Origin: Gammaproteobacteria bacterium
Lineage (GTDB): Bacteria > Pseudomonadota > Gammaproteobacteria > Ga0077536
Reading direction: 5' to 3'
DNA length: 64,000 nt
Assembly: GCA_963662545.2 (NCBI GenBank)
Contig: CAXXLL010000003.1
Span: 448,001 to 512,000 of the forward strand
In this document: piece by piece, positions 11,169 to 24,155 of the stretch
How positions within the stretch are numbered: the first letter of the stretch is position 1
Layout of the letters: every line of letters starts with the position of its first letter
Made by a program: the position numbers and the translations under genes
The notes under the pieces: model-generated
What the model saw: the letters and a program-made list of their open reading frames with translations, nothing else
Told to the model about the DNA's origin: nothing
The model's database searches: none

Positions 11169-12080
11169 CTAATCGCCGTCTGGCAACCGGCCGAGGCCAC
11201 GAAAATCGGCCATGCTATCAGCCACCCCGGCCGTCGCTAGCAAAGGTCCGACAATCTGGGGCAACAGCAGCAACAGCACATACATACCGCCGAGCCACCC
11301 GCCGGCCATTGACGCCAGCCGCGCTCTGTAGTGAATAACCGCCAGTCCCTGGAAGGTGAACAATACCACCAGAATCACGAAGACGTCACCGGCGATCGCG
11401 AGCCCAAAACCCAAGGCCTGATCGGCCGCGAACAAGGCCCCGGCAATGGCCGCAGCCATCGTGGCAAGCCGCGGCAGCCTGAGCTCCCGAAACTCGGTGC
11501 CGAACCCACCCGGATTGAACAAGACGGACTGCCACCAGCGCCCTAGCATCACCATGCCGACCAGCATCGCGTTGATCGCCACCAGCGTCCAGGTATGCAA
11601 ATGCCGGGCAATGAAGGCGATTTGCTCGGGCGCGAAGTGCCGGCCCGTGTCGCGTACAAGCACTTCCAGCACGATTTCGAGCCGCAACATCCAGAATTCT
11701 TCCAGGTCTCCGATGACCAGCCTCATGGCAAACGCATAGGCCGCGACGAGGACAGCGGCGATCAGCAACGGTAAAGCCTGTTGCCGCCGCTCTCCCAGTA
11801 CCACGGCCATCATCCACGATGGCAACCAGGCGACCAGGCACAGGATCAATATCGACATGCCCTGCTGGATCAGCGCATAACGTACGGCGAAGGCGAGCGA
11901 CGCCGCGATCGCGATGACGCGCAGCCCTTCGCGCGCGCCGCGCCGCAGAGTCGTCAACGCGATGATCCCGCCGCTGAGAATCAAAAGTATGCCGACGGAC
12001 AGCGAACCGAGCAGCAATGCCGCGGCCGTCGCGGCCGCGAAGAACGGACCCCGCATCGCGAACCGCGCGAGGAAACGCAC
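11169..12080 (-). CDS. DUF2232-like membrane protein
   Basis: multi-TM protein with GRWWQS.LFNPGGF..EF motif; usual position between rpsR and rplI. Confidence 0.8.
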   Translation of the reverse strand: MRFLARFAMRGPFFAAATAAALLLGSLSVGILLILSGGIIALTTLRRGAREGLRVIAIAASLAFAVRYALIQQGMSILILCLVAWLPSWMMAVVLGERRQQALPLLIAAVLVAAYAFAMRLVIGDLEEFWMLRLEIVLEVLVRDTGRHFAPEQIAFIARHLHTWTLVAINAMLVGMVMLGRWWQSVLFNPGGFGTEFRELRLPRLATMAAAIAGALFAADQALGFGLAIAGDVFVILVVLFTFQGLAVIHYRARLASMAGGWLGGMYVLLLLLPQIVGPLLATAGVADSMADFRGLGRLPDGD

Positions 12081-12094
12081 GGTCAGGTACCTAG

Positions 12095-12252
12095 CAGCCT
12101 GTCGGACTTAGGGAATCGTCGCAAGGCGGTTGGGAGAGCGAGTCCAAATGTGTCATGGTTTGAGGCGAATAGTGGGGCTATTTAACGAAAACCATGGCGC
12201 ATCCGGACCGCTATCCCAACGCCGCAGTAGATTCCCTAAGTCCGACAGGCTG
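12095..12252. mobile_element. MITE-like element family B, copy 1
   Basis: terminal inverted repeats CAGCCTGTCGGACTTAGGGAAT / ATTCCCTAAGTCCGACAGGCTG, flanked by CTAG and CTAA; inverted second copy at 55106-55260. Confidence 0.85.
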
Positions 12253-12260
12253 CTAATGCT

Positions 12261-12485
12261 CTAGTGAGCGTCGCAGTAAGGCAGCAGTGCGAGAAATCTC
12301 GCCCGCTTCACCGCGGTCGCCAACTGGCGCTGGTATCGCACCTTGGTCCCGGAAATGCGGCTGGGCACGATCTTGCCGTTCTCGGTGATGTACGCCTTGA
12401 GCGTCGCAAGATCCTTGTAATCGATCTCGACGACCCCTTCGGCGGTGAACTTGCAATAGCGTCTCCGCCTGAAAAACTTTGCCAT
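12261..12485 (-). CDS. rpsR: 30S ribosomal protein S18
   Basis: [19 protein letters not shown]...[15 protein letters not shown]; AAGGAG RBS upstream. Confidence 0.98.
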   Translation of the reverse strand: MAKFFRRRRYCKFTAEGVVEIDYKDLATLKAYITENGKIVPSRISGTKVRYQRQLATAVKRARFLALLPYCDAH

Positions 12486-12506
12486 CGTTCAATTCTCCTT
12501 GACGCG

Positions 12507-13125
12507 TCACTGGCCTTCCAGCTTCGTGGACGGATTCTGCGGATTCTGCGGTGCGGATTCTGCGGTGCGGATTCTGCGTGGATTCTGCGGATTCTGCGGA
12601 TTCCGTGGATTCCGTGGATTCCGTGGATTCTGCGGTTTCTGCGGTCTCCGTGGATTCTGCGGACTCGGTCTCCGCGTCCCCGGCTTCAACCTGTTCGCTG
12701 CCTTTATCGTCGGCCTTGTCGGCGGAACTCTGGTCTGTTTCGGCCGCACGGCGAGCTTCATCGCGGGATCGGCGGCCGCGGTCGTCCTCGCGCTCCGATC
12801 GTTCGTCCTTCGCCTGCGCGATCGGCGAGGGTTCGACTATCGGGCCGTCGCGTGAAATCACGAGGTTGCGCAGGACCGCATCATTGAAACGAAACGCGCT
12901 GGTCAATTCATTCAGCGCATCGGCATCACACTCGATGTTCATCATCACGTAATGCGCCTTGTGAATCTTGTTAATGGGATACGCCAACTGACGGCGCCCC
13001 CAGTCTTCGAGACGATGGATCTGGCCGCCATTGCCCTCGAGCATCGAGCGGTAGCGCTCGATCATGGCATTGACCTGTTCGCTCTGATCAGGATGGACCA
13101 GAAACACGACTTCGTAATGTCTCAC
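12507..13125 (-). CDS. rpsF: 30S ribosomal protein S6 with long acidic repetitive C-terminal tail (apparent frameshift inside the repeat)
   Basis: [18 protein letters not shown]...[12 protein letters not shown]; probable true stop is the TGA at 12507 just before the rpsR RBS. Confidence 0.93.
12531..12665 (-). repeat. 9-bp tandem repeat (GCAGAATCC/ACGGAATCC) encoding AES/TES
   Basis: more than a dozen visible units, several interrupted by 1-2 nt remnants. Confidence 0.9.
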
Positions 13126-13130
13126 ATGTA

Positions 13131-13175
13131 CTCCTTACGGATTGAAGCTTCCCCTCTATCGGGTGAAGCAAGGAG
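13131..13175 (-). promoter_or_regulatory. S6:S18 ribosomal leader (autoregulatory RNA)
   Basis: CTCCTTGCTTC...GAAGC-TTCAATCCGTAAGGAG: a stem sequesters the SD and has a CCG internal loop, the layout of gammaproteobacterial rpsF leaders. Confidence 0.7.
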
Positions 13176-13308
13176 ATAAATTTTGCTTCTAGCAGACGGC
13201 TAGGGCCGCGTATTGTAGGGAATCGCGGTGGGGTAAGCAAAAACGGCGCGGATCGGCAGGTTCTTAGGGCTCGGAATGACACACAGATGAATTACTGATA
13301 TTTACAGG

Positions 13309-14052
13309 CTAACGCCGTTGGCGGCGCGCCTCGAACAGGCCGATCGCGGCGGCGCTCGCGACGTTGAGGCTTTCGATGCGGCCGAACATCGGGATCCGCA
13401 CGAGCAGGTCGCAGCGCTCCCGCGTAAGCCGCCTGAGACCCGAACCTTCATGACCCACCACCAGCGCCAGCGCCGGCGTGAGATCGGCGTCGTAGAGATC
13501 CCCGGTGCAGTCTTGCACCGCGCCCATGATCCAGACTCCCGCTTGCTGCATCTGTGCAAACGCCGCGACCAGATTGGTCACGGCGACGAGCGAGACGGTA
13601 TCGATGGCGCCGCTCGCCGCCTTGGCGACGACGCTGCTCATGCGCGCACTTTTGTCACGCGTATAGACGACCGCATCGACTCCGGCCCCGTCGGCGACCC
13701 GCAGGCAAGCGCCAAAATTGCGCGGGTCCTGCACGTTGTCGAGCACCAGTATCAAAGGCGCCTTGGCGCCGACTTCAAGCCCGTCCAGAAACGCCTTGAG
13801 GTCCAGCGGACGGGGGGTGCGTCGTCTGAGCACCACGCCCTGGTGATGTCCGTCGCCATACAGCTTATCCAGGGTGCTGTCTTCGACGTGATGGACCGCC
13901 GCGCCGTGCAGCCGCGCCCCGGCCTCGATCACGGCGACGGTAGCGGGGTCGTGGTCGCGCCGGATCCAGAGTTCCAGCGAATCTTCGCCGGCGCACTCGA
14001 GCGCGATACGCGTCGCGTGAATACCGCCCATGATGAGGTCGCGATCCGCCAT
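13309..14052 (-). CDS. rlmB: 23S rRNA (Gm2251) 2'-O-methyltransferase
   Basis: HQGVV, LDNVQDPRNFGACLR, GHEGSG and ESLNVA (SpoU family); follows rnr. Confidence 0.95.
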   Translation of the reverse strand: MADRDLIMGGIHATRIALECAGEDSLELWIRRDHDPATVAVIEAGARLHGAAVHHVEDSTLDKLYGDGHHQGVVLRRRTPRPLDLKAFLDGLEVGAKAPLILVLDNVQDPRNFGACLRVADGAGVDAVVYTRDKSARMSSVVAKAASGAIDTVSLVAVTNLVAAFAQMQQAGVWIMGAVQDCTGDLYDADLTPALALVVGHEGSGLRRLTRERCDLLVRIPMFGRIESLNVASAAAIGLFEARRQRR

Positions 14053-16256
14053 CAGCGGCGGCGCCTACCACGCCGTCCCCGCCCGGACACTGCAACTCCG
14101 GCGGGCTCGAAATCGATCTTGCGCTCGTCGAGATCGACTCGTACTACCACGACCTCCAGCGGTTGACCGATGCGGTATTCACGTCCGCTGGCGCGCCCGG
14201 TCAGGGTGTGATGGACGGCGTCGTAGAGATAGTAGTCGCCGGGCAAACTCGTGACATGTACCAGGCCCTCGACGAAGATCTCGTCGAGTTCGACGAACAC
14301 CCCGAATTCCGCCACGCCCGAGACGATGCCGGCGAAGCGCTCCCCGACCTTGTCGAGCATGAATTCGCACTTGAGCCAGGCGACGGCGTCGCGTGTAGCT
14401 TCCTCGGCGCGCCGTTCGCAGGTGGAACAATGGTTGGCGAGTGCGGCCATCAGATCCTTCGCGTCGTCTGCGACGGGCGCGGCGGCAAGCTCCGCTTTGA
14501 TCGCGCGATGCACGACGAGATCCGGATAACGCCGGATGGGCGAAGTGAAATGCGCATAGGCCTCGAGCGCCAGGCCGAAATGACCGGTGTTCTCCTCGCT
14601 GTAGACGGCGAGCTTGAGACTTCGTAATACAATTGTGTTGATGAGACGTTTGTCCGGCCGCTGTGCGGCGGCCCGAAGCACCTGTGCGAAAGCCTGCGGC
14701 GAGGACGCCGCTTCGCGCGGGAAACGGATCCCGAGTTCGCGGAGGAACAAACCCAGATCGCGCACCTTCTCTTCGTCCGGGTTCTCATGAACCCGGAACA
14801 ACGCGGGTCGCTTGCGCCTTATCAGGTACTTCGCCGCGGCGACGTTCGCCGCGATCATGCACTCTTCGATCAGCCGATGAGCATCGACGCGTGACACGGC
14901 TGCCACGGCTTCGATCTTGCCGTGTAGATCATATTCGAAGCGCGGTTCGATGGTTTCGATATCGAGGCCGCCGCGCGCTTCCCGACACGTTCGCAGCGCC
15001 TGATAAAGTTCATACAGACAAGCGAGACTCTTGGACGCTGCGGCGTTGCCCGCGAGCGGCTTGCGGCGGTCGCCCTTGAGCCATCGATCCACGTCCTCGT
15101 AGATGAACCGGCCGTGCGACCGCATGACGCCCTCGTAGAAACGGGCCCGCCGAACCTCGCCGTCGATACCGAGGTTAAGTTCGCAGACCATTGCGAGGCG
15201 CTCGACATCGGGATTGAGCGAGCAGATCCCGTTTGAGAGCGTCTCCGGCAGCATCGGGATCACGCGATCTGGAAAATACACCGAAGTGCCTCGGTTCAGG
15301 GCTTCCTCATCGAGTCCCGTGCCCTCGCGCACGTAATGCGCGACGTCGGCAATCGCGACGTAAAGCACATAGCCCTTCGCCGTCTTCTTCGCGAAGACGG
15401 CATCGTCGAAATCCCGCGCATCGGCGCCGTCGATCGTGACCAGCGCCAGTTCGCGCAGATCGCGGCGGCCTTCGCGATCACGATCGCAAACGCTGGCGGG
15501 TGTGTCCTGCGCGGCTGCCAGCACGGCCTGCGGCCATTCGTTCGGCAGGCCGTAACTGCGAATGGCAATGTCGATTTCCATGCCGGGCGCCATCGACTCG
15601 CCCAGGACTTCGGCGATGCGGCCGATTGGCTGGGTACGGTGGTCCGGTTGGTGCTCGATAGCGGCGACGACGATCTGGCCATCACGCGCATCGCCGCTCT
15701 TGCCCTGCGGAATCAACACGTCCTGGTTGAGGTGACGGTTGTCCGGAATCACAAAGCCGATGCCGCGTTCGCGGTGATAACGGCCGACGATCTGAGTATT
15801 GGCGCGTTCGATGATTTCGACGAGATTGCCATAGGGGCGCTGGCGCCGGTCCAAACCCGCTATGCGTACCAGCACCTTATCGCCATGCAGGACGCGGCGG
15901 GCCTCGCGGCGGGCCAGGTAGACGTCTTCCCCGCCCTTGTCCGGGCGCACGAAGGCGAAGCCATCGGGATGGGCGAGTACGCGGCCGCCGATGACGTCCA
16001 TACGGCTTGCCACGCCAAAGCGCGAGCCGCGCGTGCGCACCAGTTGCCCATCGCGGGTCATCGCGAGTAGCCGCCGCTTCAAGGCATTCAGAGCCGGCTT
16101 GTCCCACACGTCCAGGCGCTCGGCGAGCTCGCCGAACTTGCACGGTGAATCGGATGCCTCGAGCATTTGCAGGATCGCTTCCCGTGACGGAAGGTCGGCG
16201 ATATGAACGTGTTCATCCACTGAAATTTGATGCGCTGGGCGCTTGCGGGGGCTCAT
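14052..16256 (-). CDS. rnr: ribonuclease R
   Basis: TIDGADARDFDDA, HFTSPIRRYPD and an S1 domain; start moved to the ATG at 16256 because the longer ORF overlaps the tRNA. Confidence 0.96.
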   Translation of the reverse strand: MSPRKRPAHQISVDEHVHIADLPSREAILQMLEASDSPCKFGELAERLDVWDKPALNALKRRLLAMTRDGQLVRTRGSRFGVASRMDVIGGRVLAHPDGFAFVRPDKGGEDVYLARREARRVLHGDKVLVRIAGLDRRQRPYGNLVEIIERANTQIVGRYHRERGIGFVIPDNRHLNQDVLIPQGKSGDARDGQIVVAAIEHQPDHRTQPIGRIAEVLGESMAPGMEIDIAIRSYGLPNEWPQAVLAAAQDTPASVCDRDREGRRDLRELALVTIDGADARDFDDAVFAKKTAKGYVLYVAIADVAHYVREGTGLDEEALNRGTSVYFPDRVIPMLPETLSNGICSLNPDVERLAMVCELNLGIDGEVRRARFYEGVMRSHGRFIYEDVDRWLKGDRRKPLAGNAAASKSLACLYELYQALRTCREARGGLDIETIEPRFEYDLHGKIEAVAAVSRVDAHRLIEECMIAANVAAAKYLIRRKRPALFRVHENPDEEKVRDLGLFLRELGIRFPREAASSPQAFAQVLRAAAQRPDKRLINTIVLRSLKLAVYSEENTGHFGLALEAYAHFTSPIRRYPDLVVHRAIKAELAAAPVADDAKDLMAALANHCSTCERRAEEATRDAVAWLKCEFMLDKVGERFAGIVSGVAEFGVFVELDEIFVEGLVHVTSLPGDYYLYDAVHHTLTGRASGREYRIGQPLEVVVVRVDLDERKIDFEPAGVAVSGRGRRGRRRR

Positions 16257-16296
16257 TGACTCACTCAGGTGGGTTCGGTAGATTGCGCACCTCTTT

Positions 16297-16383
<87 letters not shown>

Positions 16384-16454
16384 ACGGCGCACATCCTCTC
16401 ACATCCGCTCACTAGCCCCAATAACTTTTTGCCGTAACGAGTTTTCTCAATACC

Positions 16455-16478
16455 GTAGGAGCCCGCTTGCGGGCGAAT
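16455..16478 (+). repeat. GTAG-type REP element
   Basis: GTAGGAGCCCGCTTGCGGGCGAAT; exact reverse complement at 40389-40412 and a variant at 55071-55092. Confidence 0.75.
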
Positions 16479-16664
16479 CGAAATCTACCTCGTAATTCTG
16501 AACGCCTATTCAGGATTATTAGCTATCTCAACTTCCGTACAAAGCAATTGCACCGTTATCTAAACCACCTGGCCGTTATTTCGAGTTACGTGAATGGACG
16601 AAGTGCGGCAGCGCGTCTAAGCATTTGTCATTTGCTGTTCAGCGAACTTATCTGATAGGCCGAG

Positions 16665-18023
<1,359 letters not shown>

Positions 18024-18498
18024 TTAAAGAGTCCCCTCCGCCCTGATTTCGCTGAGTTTCCGGCGCCGGTTTTACGCCGGGCGGCTATTCTCATGAACAG
18101 ATTCTATGTTGAAGCACAAGCCTCAGGGTATAAATCCACGTTGAAATTATTGCGTGTCCTATTACAGGAGCAGTGTTTCAGCATGAGACAGACGATCTTC
18201 GGTCTCACCGTAACGACCGACAAGACGATTAAGGCTCGACGGACTAATTGGATCTAAACCTTCGATATTTGGGTTAAGCAGGCCCTTGCTCTTCGCCGCG
18301 TTCGCATGTTCTTCCGGAGATGCCGCTATCTTTCCGTTGATAGCGCGCCTATACTCCGCCGCACGCAAGGTGCCAACCGGTCGGCGCCGATGTCTCGCGG
18401 CCGTCTCCCTCCCCGAAAGACTCCCCTCGAACGCTTGATCTACAACACCGCCTTGACCGGCCCCGCAAAATAACGGGTAGGCTGGACCTGGAGAATCT

Positions 18499-19845
<1,347 letters not shown>

Positions 19846-19948
19846 TTCGCGCTTCAACGAATTCGCCAGGAATGGCAAATCACTACCGCGTTTTGTGTGT
19901 TGGCTCACCGGTAGTGCATCTTTTGATCAACACACGCATGAGGAATGA

Positions 19949-20242
19949 ATGATGATGAATCTTTACGTCGGCAACCTGCCGTACAGCGCCACCGAAGAAG
20001 AACTGCGCACTGCCTTTGCCGCTTTCGGAGAGGTGTCCACTGTTACCCTGATCACCGATAAGTTCTCCGGCCAGTCCAAGGGCTTCGCCTTTGTGGAAAT
20101 GGAGGATAACTCTTCGGCTGACGCCGCGATCAAGGGTCTGAATGAGACGGCCATGGGCGGTCGCAACATTAAGGTCAACCAGGCCAAGCCCCGTGAGAAG
20201 CGCCCATCCCGTGGTGGTGGTGGTGGCGGCCAGCGCTGGTAA
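19949..20242 (+). CDS. RRM-domain RNA-binding protein
   Basis: RNP2 LYVGNL, RNP1 KGFAFVEM and a Gly-rich tail. Confidence 0.95.
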   Translation: MMMNLYVGNLPYSATEEELRTAFAAFGEVSTVTLITDKFSGQSKGFAFVEMEDNSSADAAIKGLNETAMGGRNIKVNQAKPREKRPSRGGGGGGQRW

Positions 20243-20417
20243 ATTCCCAATTCATCCCCCCCCCCTCCCCGCGATCGCGGGGGGATTGAAAAAACGCGGA
20301 ACTCCGGGATGTGATTTCGCGGCAGGCATCGTTAGGTTTCGCCGGCGTGCTCTAAGCGCGCCTGGGAAGTAGCGGTTTAATTTCCGCCCCCCACCGCGAT
20401 TACTTCGGCGGTGCTGT

Positions 20418-23153
20418 CTACAGACGCTCGGTCACGTCCGCTAGCCGGTCGGCAAGGATGACGCCCAGATTACGGTACAACTGCGCCGCGATCTGCGGAT
20501 ATCGCGCCTGGATGCGATCGAGGCAGGCATTGGACAGCCTGAGCAGCCGGGCGTCGGATTGCGCATGCACATTCGCAGTCCGTAATCCGTGAAACAACGC
20601 GACCTCGCCGATGAGATCCCCTCGCTTGAGCCGCCGCAGAACCTGCTCGTTTCCATCGCGGGGCACGGAAGCCTCGAGTTCGCCGTCGATGACGACGTGG
20701 ATGTCGGTACCCGTGTCACCCAGGCGCAGGATGTGCTCGCCGGCGTGAAAGGTCTCGAAGCTGCCGAGGATCGCGGCGATCCGGGCCTGGCGGTGGGTGA
20801 GGCCGAAAAAGAACGGAATGGTCTTATGCGGCGCAGTCCCGAGGTCGACCGCCAGCACTTCCCACAGCGTCACGAACCGCAATCGGCCGCTCAGGGCCGG
20901 CGTGAAAGTCAGATCGACGATCCAGGCGACGAGCAGGGTCGCCGCGGCGAGGCCGCCGAATTCAATCTGGCTGCGTAGTTCACCCATGGTCAGAGTCGCA
21001 AAGCCGAGACAGAGCGCCAAGGTGGTGAAGGTCACCGGCCGGATCACGCTCACCATCGCGCGCTCGATGCCGAGCGCCTCATCAGCCACGCGGCGGGCTT
21101 CAGTGTTGAAGCGCGACAGGAAATGCATGGTGTCATCGACCGCGATACCGAGCGCGACGGCGGCGACGAGGCTGGTGGCGAGGTTCAAAGTAACCCCTAG
21201 AAGGCTCATTAGGCCGAAAAAACAGACGATGGGCAGCAGGTTGGGGAACAAGGCAAGCGCGCCGATCCGCGCGGAGCCGAACAGCAGGATCAGGATCACG
21301 TAGATCACGGCCAGGGCGCCGACCAGACTCGTAAGCTGACCACGGATGATGTCGTCCAGCGTGCGTGAAAGCAGGGCGGAGCTGCCGGTCACCTCACCCC
21401 GCAAGTGCCCCGGCAGTTCTTCGAGCCGGCGCTCGATACGCCGGATCAGTCCGCCCAGATCGTTGGTCGATACGGCGGACGTGCGCACGTGCAGCAGCGT
21501 GCTTTCATACCGGGGATCAGCGACGCGCCGGAGGTCGTCGCCGTTGGCGAAAAACAGCAGGTCTTCCACGCCATCCCGTGAAGGCGGGATCGATTCACCC
21601 GCTGGCGCATCCGGCTCAAACGCTCGATGCAGCACGCCGATCAAATCGACCAGACTCGTGGCAGCACCGACCTCCGGCTGGGCTTCGAGCCAACGTTCGA
21701 GGTCTTCGATGGTGCGCAGATGCACGGGGTCCTTGAACGCACCGGGCAGATCGCTGCGGATGAATACCTGTATCGGTACCGCACCCGAGAACTCCGTTTG
21801 GATCCGCTCGAAATTGCGCCGCACGGGGCTGTCTTCCGGAAAATTACTCAGGTAATCCGTACTCACTTCCAGTCTCGACGCGGCGGCGATCGCCGCGATC
21901 CCGATGGCGGCACCTACCAATAGAATGACGTCGCGATGCCGAATGTCGAACCGCGCGAGCGCGGGCGCGAAAGCGGTTAAGAAATCCGTCTTCGAATGGT
22001 CAATAACGCGTACCGGCCCCACCAGCAATCCGGCCGGGATGACCAGCAATGCAAACAGCCATCCGAACAGTGTCCCGAGTGCCGTGTAGATGCCGAATAG
22101 TTTGATCGACGCAATGGGACTCGTTGCGAGCGAAGCGAATCCGATCGCGGTCGTGAACGCCGTCAATGTCAATGGCAGGAAGACCTCTTCGACGGCGCTT
22201 ATGACTGCCGTCTTTTTGTCCGTGCCAGCAGTGAACATGCGATCGAATTCGTTGATGACGTGGACCGCGAAAGCAAAACCAACGACGAAGATCACCGGCG
22301 GCATGATCACGGTAACGAAATTGAGCGCATTTCCCGCCTGGGCGAACAGTGCCAGGGTGGCGAGGAGCGCGAGCCCGGTCGCCGTGAGTGGGAAGACGAC
22401 GCCGCGGACGCTGCGCAAGGTCAGCGCGGCAACAAGCGCTGTAGCGAGAATCGCTAGCGGGAGTGTGCTGCGTACGTCACGGAATAGGATGCGGCTGATC
22501 TCGAGCCGCGCATGGACAGGCCCCGAGACGAACTGCTCGATGTCGCCGCTCTCCTCGCGCGATGCCTCGCCGATTCTTGCGACGAGTTCGACAAGCTCCA
22601 TCGATCCCAGTGCTGTATCGAAATGCACGGCTAGCAGCACGCCGTGCCCGTCGGGCGAAACCAACCGACCGCGATAGACCGGGTTCGCGACCGCGTCCGC
22701 CCGCAGCGTGTCGAGCGCGGCAGGGTCCGCTGGAATTCTGTGCAGAAACCGATCGATGCGGACCGCGCCGTCTTCTTCACTGACGCTGAGCGCGGTGGCC
22801 AGGCTGTCGACCCGGCGCACGCCGTCGAATCGTTCGATCCGCCGCGTGAAACGCTTTAGTCGCCGCAGTATGTCGGCGGTAAACAATGCGTCGCTGAACC
22901 AGGCGACGAGCAGGATGTCGTCACCACCGAAGCGGTCGCGCACTTGCTCATAAGTCGCGAGTTCCTCTCCGCTCGTCGGCAGCAGTCCAACGAGGGACGA
23001 GTCGATTTCGAGTTTGAGTTCGCCCGTACCGAAATCGAGCAGGCGCGAGCCCGCTAGCAGCGCCAGCCCGGCCGCGGCAACGAGGATTAATCGCGGGTAT
23101 CGAGTAGTGAAATCATTCAGACGCGTCCGCACCGGCCCGGTGTTCCGCGTCAA
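20418..23153 (-). CDS. MMPL/RND-family exporter with C-terminal cyclic-nucleotide-binding domain
   Basis: two TM repeats, GIAVDDTMHF, and a C-terminal GDLIGEVAL...RTANV CNB signature. Confidence 0.88.
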   Translation of the reverse strand: MTRNTGPVRTRLNDFTTRYPRLILVAAAGLALLAGSRLLDFGTGELKLEIDSSLVGLLPTSGEELATYEQVRDRFGGDDILLVAWFSDALFTADILRRLKRFTRRIERFDGVRRVDSLATALSVSEEDGAVRIDRFLHRIPADPAALDTLRADAVANPVYRGRLVSPDGHGVLLAVHFDTALGSMELVELVARIGEASREESGDIEQFVSGPVHARLEISRILFRDVRSTLPLAILATALVAALTLRSVRGVVFPLTATGLALLATLALFAQAGNALNFVTVIMPPVIFVVGFAFAVHVINEFDRMFTAGTDKKTAVISAVEEVFLPLTLTAFTTAIGFASLATSPIASIKLFGIYTALGTLFGWLFALLVIPAGLLVGPVRVIDHSKTDFLTAFAPALARFDIRHRDVILLVGAAIGIAAIAAASRLEVSTDYLSNFPEDSPVRRNFERIQTEFSGAVPIQVFIRSDLPGAFKDPVHLRTIEDLERWLEAQPEVGAATSLVDLIGVLHRAFEPDAPAGESIPPSRDGVEDLLFFANGDDLRRVADPRYESTLLHVRTSAVSTNDLGGLIRRIERRLEELPGHLRGEVTGSSALLSRTLDDIIRGQLTSLVGALAVIYVILILLFGSARIGALALFPNLLPIVCFFGLMSLLGVTLNLATSLVAAVALGIAVDDTMHFLSRFNTEARRVADEALGIERAMVSVIRPVTFTTLALCLGFATLTMGELRSQIEFGGLAAATLLVAWIVDLTFTPALSGRLRFVTLWEVLAVDLGTAPHKTIPFFFGLTHRQARIAAILGSFETFHAGEHILRLGDTGTDIHVVIDGELEASVPRDGNEQVLRRLKRGDLIGEVALFHGLRTANVHAQSDARLLRLSNACLDRIQARYPQIAAQLYRNLGVILADRLADVTERL

Positions 23154-24022
23154 CGGCCTCTTTTGAGGGACGACCGTGAGAAGAAGGAATCCCGGATCTC
23201 GGGGTCGAATTCGATTCCCTCGATCGTCAAGATCGTGCGGCTGCCGTCGTCATGATCGTGCATCACCATCTCATAAGGGACCCAACGCCCCCCGCTCTGC
23301 CGGATTCGCTCACGCTTCGCGATCAATGCCTTGACGGGCTCGTCTTGGTCTTCAAAGAACAGGGTCTTCAAGGGCACGCATTGCTCGCGATCGATATAGG
23401 ACACGATACGTGAATAAGTCGATCCGCGATCGTAGGCGGCTTGAGGGTCCCGTGGCGTCGATTGCAGCACCATGACGGCGCGCTCGTCAAGCGTTGCGTC
23501 TTCGAGCCGTTGGATGTTGTTATCCGATGTCGTCCCGTAAAAATGGGAGAAGTCTTCATAGCTGAAATCCGTGCCCAGCAGGTCGCCGGACAACGCGGTG
23601 ACGGACAGCAGTCGGTCACGCCGCTCTCTCGGTTGGTACAGAACGACTTCGGGTTCTCGGAACTCGCTAGCCTCTTTTTGCTCGCGTTCGGTCAAAAGGA
23701 CGATCTTTCCCTGGTCCCGTGGTGGCGCAGTGAGGTCAATGCGCGCCCGTACCCGCCCATCATCGAATCGTTTCCAGGCGAGTTCCGCGGCGAAATCCCT
23801 GATCGTGCCCTGGTCGTCGACCACGGCCATGCTAATTTCCTGACGCATCGTGTGTTCGGGCAGAATCCGCTCGCAACACGCGCGGGTTTCCGCATCTTCG
23901 ATGCGGACGCAATCGGCGGCCCATGCAGCGTCACCGCCACTCAAAGCGATCAACAACAGCGTTAACCCAGCGGTGCCGTTGCTGTTCGCCATCATGGCGT
24001 CTCGGAAAATTATATGATTCAT
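23150..24022 (-). CDS. LolA-like outer-membrane lipoprotein-sorting-family periplasmic protein
   Basis: signal peptide, LLGTDFSYED, YSRIVSYID and a C-terminal FF..SSL; overlaps the MMPL start by 4 bp. Confidence 0.8.
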   Translation of the reverse strand: MNHIIFRDAMMANSNGTAGLTLLLIALSGGDAAWAADCVRIEDAETRACCERILPEHTMRQEISMAVVDDQGTIRDFAAELAWKRFDDGRVRARIDLTAPPRDQGKIVLLTEREQKEASEFREPEVVLYQPRERRDRLLSVTALSGDLLGTDFSYEDFSHFYGTTSDNNIQRLEDATLDERAVMVLQSTPRDPQAAYDRGSTYSRIVSYIDREQCVPLKTLFFEDQDEPVKALIAKRERIRQSGGRWVPYEMVMHDHDDGSRTILTIEGIEFDPEIRDSFFSRSSLKRGR

Positions 24023-24155
24023 TTACCGATGCTACATCCTTATGCTCAGCATACCAATGCGCGCAGCCATCGTGTCTGTCTCCCATTTCGGAACAGTAAT
24101 TTAGAATACGGTCAGTCACCCCATATTCGGATCGCCTAACGCGGAAGAAGATCAC

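Noticed and set aside
12253-13125. 290-aa ORF suggesting an S6-S18 fusion
   Set aside because: The part overlapping rpsR is out of frame with S18; indels in the 9-bp repeat explain the read-through, and rpsR has its own RBS and ATG
18162-18368. 68-aa ORF between gdhA and rhlE
   Set aside because: No recognisable family or RBS; possibly a remnant but not supportable
20255-20295. Hairpin after the RRM gene as an intrinsic terminator
   Set aside because: A stem is present but is followed by an A tract rather than a U tract on the coding strand
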